Shown here: piece by piece, positions 18,893 through 24,000 of the stretch | Layout: every line of letters begins with the position of its first letter | Numbering within the stretch: position 1 is the first letter of the stretch | Assembly: GCF_030055425.1 (NCBI RefSeq) | Contig: NZ_JASFYE010000001.1 | Coordinates: 363,345-387,344, forward strand | Direction: 5' to 3' | DNA from: Methanothermobacter sp. | GTDB taxonomy: Archaea > Methanobacteriota > Methanobacteria > Methanobacteriales > Methanothermobacteraceae | DNA length: 24,000 bases | Program-made: the position numbers and the translations under genes | Notes under the pieces: generated by a model | Database searches by the model: none | Seen by the model: only the letters and a program-made list of their open reading frames with translations | What the model was told of the DNA's origin: nothing

Positions 18893-19732
18893 TCACTGCC
18901 GCAGCTTACTTTCAATTATCTCGGCGCTCTTACCGCACCTTTCAAGTATTATGTTGTTTATGCTCTTCTCAAGCATGCTGGGCTTGAATGCCACCACAAG
19001 GTTTGCCTCAGGGTCATCAACCGTCCTCACGCTGACAACACCATCTGACTCCATGAGGGCCTCGACCACATCATCAACATCTCCATCGACCCTTATCCTC
19101 ATGATGGCGTACCCCCAGTTTGTCATCTTCTTTATGAGTTCAATCTTGTCTATCTCATCGTCTATCCTGCCTGTTATGTAGGAGTAGAGGGGCATGAGGA
19201 TTATGGCAACTGCCAGTCCAAGTATTGTGGTTATCAGTGCAACATAGATTCCCTCAGCCATTGCAGCGGGGTCAGCGTTAACACCGAGGGCCCTGAATGT
19301 GTACCATATCCCTATGACGGTCCCTATAAGACCCAGCATGGGGGCGACCTCTATTATTGTCCTTAGCGTCCCAAGACCCTTGGTCATGTTGCTCATCTCA
19401 ACAATGAAAACACGCTCCATTGCATCCTCAACCTCTGAACGGTTCCTGTAGCCTATCTTGAGGGCCTCTGATATTATCTTTGATACTGGATTCTGGTACT
19501 GCCCTATCTCCCTGAGTGCCTCAAGTGCTCCGCCCTTCTCCATGGATTCATTGACCTTACCTATTATCTGGGGTGTGCTAACACGTGAAATCTTTCTTAG
19601 GTAGTGTATCTTCTCAATGGACGTGATAAAACCATAGACACCTGTGATTGCTATTATGTATGTTATTACACCGCCGCTGCGGAACATTTCAAGTACTGTG
19701 CCAAAGAAGTTGAAAACTGGTTCGAGAAACAT
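18893..19732 (-). CDS. exbB: MotA/TolQ/ExbB-family proton channel with an extra C-terminal soluble domain of about 85 aa
   Basis: 279-aa ORF with three predicted TM segments, including the family core VAPMLGLIGTVIGI and GIYVALITTILGLAVAI. ATG follows AGGTGAGG (SD). The C-terminal roughly 85 residues lie beyond the usual family end. Confidence 0.8.
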   Translation of the reverse strand: MFLEPVFNFFGTVLEMFRSGGVITYIIAITGVYGFITSIEKIHYLRKISRVSTPQIIGKVNESMEKGGALEALREIGQYQNPVSKIISEALKIGYRNRSEVEDAMERVFIVEMSNMTKGLGTLRTIIEVAPMLGLIGTVIGIWYTFRALGVNADPAAMAEGIYVALITTILGLAVAIILMPLYSYITGRIDDEIDKIELIKKMTNWGYAIMRIRVDGDVDDVVEALMESDGVVSVRTVDDPEANLVVAFKPSMLEKSINNIILERCGKSAEIIESKLRQ

Positions 19733-19771
19733 TTTTCTGCCTCACCTGATGGGTATTTACCGGAGAGGATA

Positions 19772-19779
19772 TATTTAAA
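19772..19779 (-). promoter_or_regulatory. Candidate TATA box for the exbB-led minus-strand gene string
   Basis: The minus strand reads TTTAAATA within CACTATTTTTAAATATATC, about 40 nt upstream of the exbB ATG. The SD AGGTGAGG lies in between. Confidence 0.5.
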
Positions 19780-19810
19780 AATAGTGGTCTGGCTGTATTA
19801 AATGATTAAA

Positions 19811-20434
19811 TCAGTTTTTCCTCCTCTTCTGGACAGTGGCCCATGACTTCCTCACAAAGTCCGGGAGTTCATCGTAACGGAATGATTCCAGAAAAGCCCT
19901 GGTGCGTGGGTCGCTGGGATAACCGGAACCCATGTCCCCCAGTTTTCTGTTCAGCTTCTGTATCCTCTCTATTTCAAGGTCCCTTTCAACCTTGGCGATT
20001 ATTGAAGCCGCTGCAACTGGGTAATACTTTGCATCTGCACCGTGCTCCGCCTTCACCTCGATGTCCCCGAAGTGGGACCTTATCTCCTCCGCCAGCCTCT
20101 CCGGTTTAACGTCCACAGAATCTATGATGACAGATTCCGGCTGTGCTTCGGCTATTATCCTCTTTATTGCTATCTTCTCTATCTCATTGAGGTTAAAGCC
20201 CTTCTCACGCATCCTGTCAATATCCGATGCAGATATCTTAACCGTGAACACCCTTGAGATCCTTCTTATCTTTCGGGCGAGAAATTTTCTCCTCTCGGGT
20301 GTGAGCTTCTTTGAGTCCCTTATACCCATTTTCCTGAGTATCGAGAACTTCCTCTCAGGGATCATGACACCCGCCACGACAAGGGGACCTATTACAGGAC
20401 CCCTTCCCGCCTCATCAATTCCAAGAACCTTCAT
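19811..20434 (-). CDS. rnhB: Ribonuclease HII
   Basis: 207-aa ORF. The GIDEAGRGPVIGPLVV N-terminus and the DSKKL and ADAKYYPVAAASI motifs are typical of RNase HII. Confidence 0.95.
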   Translation of the reverse strand: MKVLGIDEAGRGPVIGPLVVAGVMIPERKFSILRKMGIRDSKKLTPERRKFLARKIRRISRVFTVKISASDIDRMREKGFNLNEIEKIAIKRIIAEAQPESVIIDSVDVKPERLAEEIRSHFGDIEVKAEHGADAKYYPVAAASIIAKVERDLEIERIQKLNRKLGDMGSGYPSDPRTRAFLESFRYDELPDFVRKSWATVQKRRKN

Positions 20435-20451
20435 CAGATCAGAAAAAATAA

Positions 20452-21525
20452 TTATTTCATTGCCTTGAGCCTTACCTCAGGTTCAAGTGCCCTCGGCTCT
20501 GCAGCAACTATTGCGGCTCCCTTGGCAACCACTGTCATGGGGTCATCTGATATCTCGGCAGGAATGCCAACCTCGTCCAGTATCCTCTCCCTGAGACCCC
20601 TGAGCTGTGAGGTTCCACCCACAACAACCGTCTTGTTGTAGACCCCTGAGATGAGTTCAGGTGAGAGCCTTTCAAGTACCGCTGCTATGGAGTCCACTAT
20701 ACCCTTTACAACGGGCTCAGCAGCCTCTGCAACCATTTCAGAGTCAATTTCAACCTTTTTAGGTTTGTTTGTCTCCATGCATTTACCTATAACCACCGTT
20801 TTTAGGTTTTCAAGATCCTCCTTACACTTGACCATCCCAACCTCTATCTTTGCCTTCTCTGCCTCATGGATGCCTATCTCAACATTGTACTTCTCCTTCA
20901 CCAGTTCAACAAGGTTGGTGTCAATATCATCCCCGCCGACCCGGATTGTCTCAATGTCGGTTATGCCTCCAAGGGATATCACGACAATGTCACTTGAACC
21001 GGCCCCTATGTCAACAACCATGGTCCCTGATGCCTCTGCTATGGGCAGCCCGGCCCCTATGGCGGCTGCAAGGCCCTCACTTATAACCAGGACATAATTT
21101 GCCCCGGCCTTCCTTCCTATTTCCTCAACAGCGTTTCTTTCAACCTCTGAGGCATCCCCGGGTATACCTATAACTATCCTGTCAATGGACTCAGAATCTC
21201 CCGCCCCCATCTCCATTGCATATACAAGGAGGGCCTCTGCCTGTGCAACGCTCTCAATAACACCCTTCCTCAGTGGTCTCACAGCGATTATGTCCTCAGG
21301 TGTTCTTCCCAGCATCATCTTTGCCTCTTCACCCACTGCAAGGACATATGATGGGTCCTCCTTCTTGACGGCCACCACAGAGGGAATCTTGTAGATATCA
21401 AATTTATCCCCTGCTGGTTTGGCAACCACGGTGTTGAGGGTACCCAGGTCTATTCCGAGTGTATTGGTGATTGCACTCTTCCTTTCCGGTTTCTCTTCAG
21501 ATTTTTTCTTTCCAAATGAAAACAT
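20452..21525 (-). CDS. mreB: Bacterial-type actin homologue MreB
   Basis: Contains IDLGTLNT (phosphate 1), MLGRTPEDIIAVRPLRKGVI, MVVDIGAGSSDIVVISLGG (phosphate 2) and VVGGTSQLRGL. I place the start at ATG 21525, preceded by AAGGAGGAG. The track's 13-codon upstream extension lacks an SD and overlaps the previous gene. Confidence 0.85.
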   Translation of the reverse strand: MFSFGKKKSEEKPERKSAITNTLGIDLGTLNTVVAKPAGDKFDIYKIPSVVAVKKEDPSYVLAVGEEAKMMLGRTPEDIIAVRPLRKGVIESVAQAEALLVYAMEMGAGDSESIDRIVIGIPGDASEVERNAVEEIGRKAGANYVLVISEGLAAAIGAGLPIAEASGTMVVDIGAGSSDIVVISLGGITDIETIRVGGDDIDTNLVELVKEKYNVEIGIHEAEKAKIEVGMVKCKEDLENLKTVVIGKCMETNKPKKVEIDSEMVAEAAEPVVKGIVDSIAAVLERLSPELISGVYNKTVVVGGTSQLRGLRERILDEVGIPAEISDDPMTVVAKGAAIVAAEPRALEPEVRLKAMK

Positions 21526-21526
21526 G

Positions 21527-22168
21527 CTACTCCTCCTTAAATATGTCTCTAAAGTCAACTGCAAATATGTTGTTGCGGGATGCTATCTCATTTATCCTCT
21601 CAACATCCCCTGCTTCATGAACAGATATCAGCAGTGTTACCAGGACAACGTCTGTAACCTTGAAGAGGGGATCGATTATATTCCTTATAAATGCCGGGAG
21701 CCTCTCTGTAAGGTAGACGTCTGTTTCTATAAATCCGCTTGTTCTGTCCTCAAGGATGAATGAAAAACCTATTTTATTCTTCTCGGCCTCCCCTGCAAAT
21801 CTTTTCATGTAGTTTTCAGGGGCCACCAGAAGCACAAGGTTGGGTTCGTTCTCAACGTAATATGGGGCTATTTTTATATAGGCCCCTCCCTTTTCCTTGC
21901 AGATAAGTGAAAGATCTCTTATTTTGTTGCTTTCGCCATAAAGCATTATTAAATCAAAGCGTTTTCTTAAAAAGGAATCCTTGATGGTAACGTGTTCCCT
22001 GAAGAGTATCTTTACAAGATCCCTGGATGTGATTGCCTCATATGCCACAGAGTTGACCATCTCCTCATTACCTGCAATCACACACCACAGCCTATCTGAA
22101 CTCTGGGCCGTTGAAACCTGCGCTGCCTTTCTGAGAACCTTTATTTTACTCTCTATCATCACCATCAC
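21527..22168 (-). CDS. Hypothetical soluble protein (213 aa) translationally coupled to mreB; no family recognised
   Basis: A long ORF with no competing ORF of similar length. Its TAG stop (21529-21527) lies 1 nt before the mreB ATG, and the mreB SD lies within its last codons. Start is ambiguous (GTG 22168, ATG 22165 or ATG 22159). No TM segments or motifs that I can name. Confidence 0.65.
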   Translation of the reverse strand: MMVMIESKIKVLRKAAQVSTAQSSDRLWCVIAGNEEMVNSVAYEAITSRDLVKILFREHVTIKDSFLRKRFDLIMLYGESNKIRDLSLICKEKGGAYIKIAPYYVENEPNLVLLVAPENYMKRFAGEAEKNKIGFSFILEDRTSGFIETDVYLTERLPAFIRNIIDPLFKVTDVVLVTLLISVHEAGDVERINEIASRNNIFAVDFRDIFKEE

Positions 22169-22181
22169 ATCTACTCTAAAA

Positions 22182-22201
22182 GGAACTTAAAAGAAAGTTC
22201 C
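22182..22201. promoter_or_regulatory. Perfect inverted repeat GGAACTT-N6-AAGTTCC
   Basis: Read directly. It lies 14-33 nt upstream of the 213-aa gene start on the minus strand. Confidence 0.6.
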
Positions 22202-22263
22202 CCCGCTCCAGAGGAAAACACATGCATATCAATCACAGATTACATTTAATCTTCAGCACATGA

Positions 22264-22274
22264 CTATATATATG
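22264..22274. promoter_or_regulatory. TATA-like CTATATATATG in the divergent spacer between the 213-aa gene and psd
   Basis: An alternating TA run, about 100 nt from the 213-aa gene start and about 145 nt from the psd start. It could serve either or both directions. Confidence 0.4.
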
Positions 22275-22417
22275 TTTCACTAATATTATTCAACATTCAG
22301 TGAGGTGCTGATTTCCTGAAAGACTGCAGTCACAGGAGGTCCATTAAAGGCGCTGATGAGTGAAAACCAGAGTGTTACTCTCTAGGTTCTTCATGTGCCT
22401 CTACAACATTATACTAG

Positions 22418-23104
22418 GTGAATCGTGTGTTTGTGAAGGGAGTTGCAAAAAGGGCCAGTTTCCTCATAAGTGTGGCCACCATACCATTTCTTCTGGGCTA
22501 CCACGCTGTCAGTATACTCATGTTCACCCTCATAGCCTTCATGATGCAGTTCTTCAGGGACCCTGAAAGGAATATCCCCTCTGAAGATAACCTCATCGTC
22601 GCCCCCGCAGATGGAAGGCGCTTATCTGGTGGTATAGACCGCATAAAGAGGGTTGGGTCAGATTACCCCCTTATTGACAGGATATTCCCCGATAGTGAGG
22701 CGGGTATTCTCATAAGCACCTTCATGTCGCCATTTGATGTCCATGTTAACCGGTCACCAGTATCAGGGAGGGTGATATACACGGAGCACCTTGACGGCAA
22801 ATTCAGGATTGCACGTTCACGTGTCCTCACCGAAAATGAAAGGAACCTGATCGTGATAGAAACAGAGCATGGTAATGTTGGGGTGGTGCAGATAGCAGGG
22901 TTCATTGCAAGGAGGATCGTTCAGTACGTCAATGAGGGGGACCATGTTGAGAGGGGGGGCCGTATAGGTATGATAAGGTTCGGCTCAAGGGTCGACCTCA
23001 TACTGCCAGAAAACTGTGAGGTGCTTGTGAAGACAGGTTCAAAACCAGTTGCCGGGGAGACCGTGCTCGCAAGGTTCATAGAAAATGAGGCTGACCACAA
23101 TTAA
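22418..23104 (+). CDS. psd: Phosphatidylserine (archaetidylserine) decarboxylase proenzyme
   Basis: 228-aa ORF with an N-terminal TM segment, FFRDPER, a FMSPFDVHVNRSP motif and the self-cleavage-type FGSRVD (Gly-Ser) site. The start is uncertain: GTG 22418 overlaps an AGGTGA SD-like site, so GTG 22427 is also possible. Confidence 0.85.
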   Translation: MNRVFVKGVAKRASFLISVATIPFLLGYHAVSILMFTLIAFMMQFFRDPERNIPSEDNLIVAPADGRRLSGGIDRIKRVGSDYPLIDRIFPDSEAGILISTFMSPFDVHVNRSPVSGRVIYTEHLDGKFRIARSRVLTENERNLIVIETEHGNVGVVQIAGFIARRIVQYVNEGDHVERGGRIGMIRFGSRVDLILPENCEVLVKTGSKPVAGETVLARFIENEADHN

Positions 23105-23148
23105 TACTTAATTAGTCAGACACAATATACATACTGCAGGTGGCGCTG

Positions 23149-23832
23149 ATGAATAACAAGAAAATAACATCCTTCATATCATTACCTGATCTTTTATCGA
23201 TTTTAAATGCCTCATCAGGCTATTTTTCCATTTTAATGTCCATTCAGGGGGCATTTAGTGCTGCATCTATTCTTATGCTCTTGGCTGTCATTTTCGATTC
23301 GCTTGATGGGTGGGTCGCACGTCAAACTGGTAGAGTTGATATTCATGGATTTGGCAAAAACATGGACTCCCTTTCGGATGTAATCTCATTTGGTGTTGCC
23401 CCAGCCATCCTTATCTACCTAACAAGTGCCGATTTTCGATATATTAATATATTAGTAGGTCTCTTAATAGTAATATGTGGCATACTGAGACTCTCAAGGT
23501 TCAATGTTCTCACAGGGGGTGGGAAGAACTTCACGGGACTTCCAATACCCGTGGCGGCGGTTGTTGTATCATCATTTTATCTCACAGGATTCTACAGTGA
23601 GAAGGTTGTAGGGGCCCTGATGCTAGCTGTCAGTATCCTCATGGTCAGCAGCATCGAATACTCGCGTGTGGGGAATAGAATGGCCCCTGTTGCCTTCATG
23701 CTCATAATGGCAACAATTTTAACAGGCATAATTGGAATGGCCGCTGCTCCAGCAGCTATCATGCTTTTCATGGCCACTGTGGCATACATTGCAGTGCCTA
23801 TAACACCAATGAGACGTGATCTGAATGCTTGA
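23149..23832 (+). CDS. pssA: CDP-alcohol phosphatidyltransferase, archaetidylserine synthase type
   Basis: Contains the CDP-alcohol phosphatidyltransferase motif DSLDGWVARQTG...G..MDSLSD and multiple TM segments. ATG 23149, 5 nt after AGGTGG, is preferred over the track's GTG 23140. Its pairing with psd fits the serine-lipid pathway. Confidence 0.9.
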   Translation: MNNKKITSFISLPDLLSILNASSGYFSILMSIQGAFSAASILMLLAVIFDSLDGWVARQTGRVDIHGFGKNMDSLSDVISFGVAPAILIYLTSADFRYINILVGLLIVICGILRLSRFNVLTGGGKNFTGLPIPVAAVVVSSFYLTGFYSEKVVGALMLAVSILMVSSIEYSRVGNRMAPVAFMLIMATILTGIIGMAAAPAAIMLFMATVAYIAVPITPMRRDLNA

Positions 23833-24000
23833 TAAGATTAAAGGTAATGACAGGGAGAAAAAGAATAATCCTCCTGATCTCCGGAAGAACAACAGAAAAG
23901 ATGACTCGAAAATTGGGGATAAACTCAAGGGACTTGTGGGTAAATTCAGTGGCGGTGAGGGCTCAGATAAGAAAAAACCCAGGCCCATGCCAAAACCCAA
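23825..24000 (+). CDS. Possible 5' part of a gene encoding a Lys-rich, low-complexity N-terminus; runs off the window
   Basis: ATG 23825 overlaps the pssA stop by 8 nt (ATGCTTGA). The open frame reads MLDKIKGNDREKKNNPPDLRKNNRKDDSKIGDKLKGLVGKFSGGEGSDKKKPRPMPKP to the window edge. The frame is not in the supplied track. No homology recognised. Confidence 0.3.
   Translation, partial: MLDKIKGNDREKKNNPPDLRKNNRKDDSKIGDKLKGLVGKFSGGEGSDKKKPRPMPKP

Noticed and set aside
18889-18915. Nine-codon TTG-initiated N-terminal extension of exbD overlapping exbB.
   Set aside because: The ATG at 18888 gives a canonical short cytoplasmic N-terminus for ExbD/TolR proteins and sits just after the exbB stop. The extension adds MKVSCGSDK, with no family precedent that I know of.
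22360-22566. 68-aa plus-strand ORF overlapping the psd start in another frame.
   Set aside because: It is Cys/His-rich but overlaps the well-supported psd N-terminus. The nearest SD-like AGGAGG is 20 nt away, and it has a GTG start with no support.
23719-24000. 93-aa minus-strand ORF at the right edge.
   Set aside because: It overlaps the 3' end of pssA by more than 100 nt. It has low-complexity S/L/P/F composition typical of the antisense of a Lys/Glu-rich frame, and it starts only at the window edge.

Overview
The window reads as a core chromosomal region of a Methanothermobacter-like methanogen (order Methanobacteriales). Supporting signs are methanogen-specific genes (atwA, cofD/cofE, arfA, purO, a marker-9 domain protein), archaeal lipid genes, Shine-Dalgarno sites of the GGAGG/AGGTGA type, TTTATATA-like TATA boxes and oligo-T terminators. 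I support 26 protein genes plus one weak partial ORF at the right edge. I found no rRNA, tRNA, CRISPR array, transposase or integrase. Left to right the genes are: cbiJ (partial), moeA (-), aIF1A, Rio1 and a KH/Dim2-like protein, top6B-top6A, gap, an endonuclease-IV-like TIM barrel and a single-domain AAA ATPase. An 11-gene co-directional minus-strand string follows (exbB-exbD-purO-cofE-cofD-arfA-NifR3-like TIM barrel-atwA-marker-9 protein-sirC-hemA). After it come rnhB, mreB and an unassignable 213-aa gene (all -), and the divergent archaetidylserine decarboxylase/synthase pair. There is no obvious defence or mobile island. The leads most worth following are: (1) a 213-aa orphan translationally coupled to a bacterial-type MreB; (2) an ExbB/ExbD proton-motor pair with an extra C-terminal cytoplasmic domain on ExbB and no TonB/TolA-like partner in view; (3) a NifR3-like TIM barrel and a duplicated Cys-rich marker-9 protein with a UBA-like tail, flanking the MCR-activation ATPase AtwA next to sirC-hemA; (4) an AMA-like AAA ATPase with an HbYX-like C-terminus; (5) several repeat or palindrome-rich promoter regions (gap, top6BA, the AAA gene, the 213-aa/psd divergent region). 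All functional calls rest on my recognition of the translated sequences. No database search was run.
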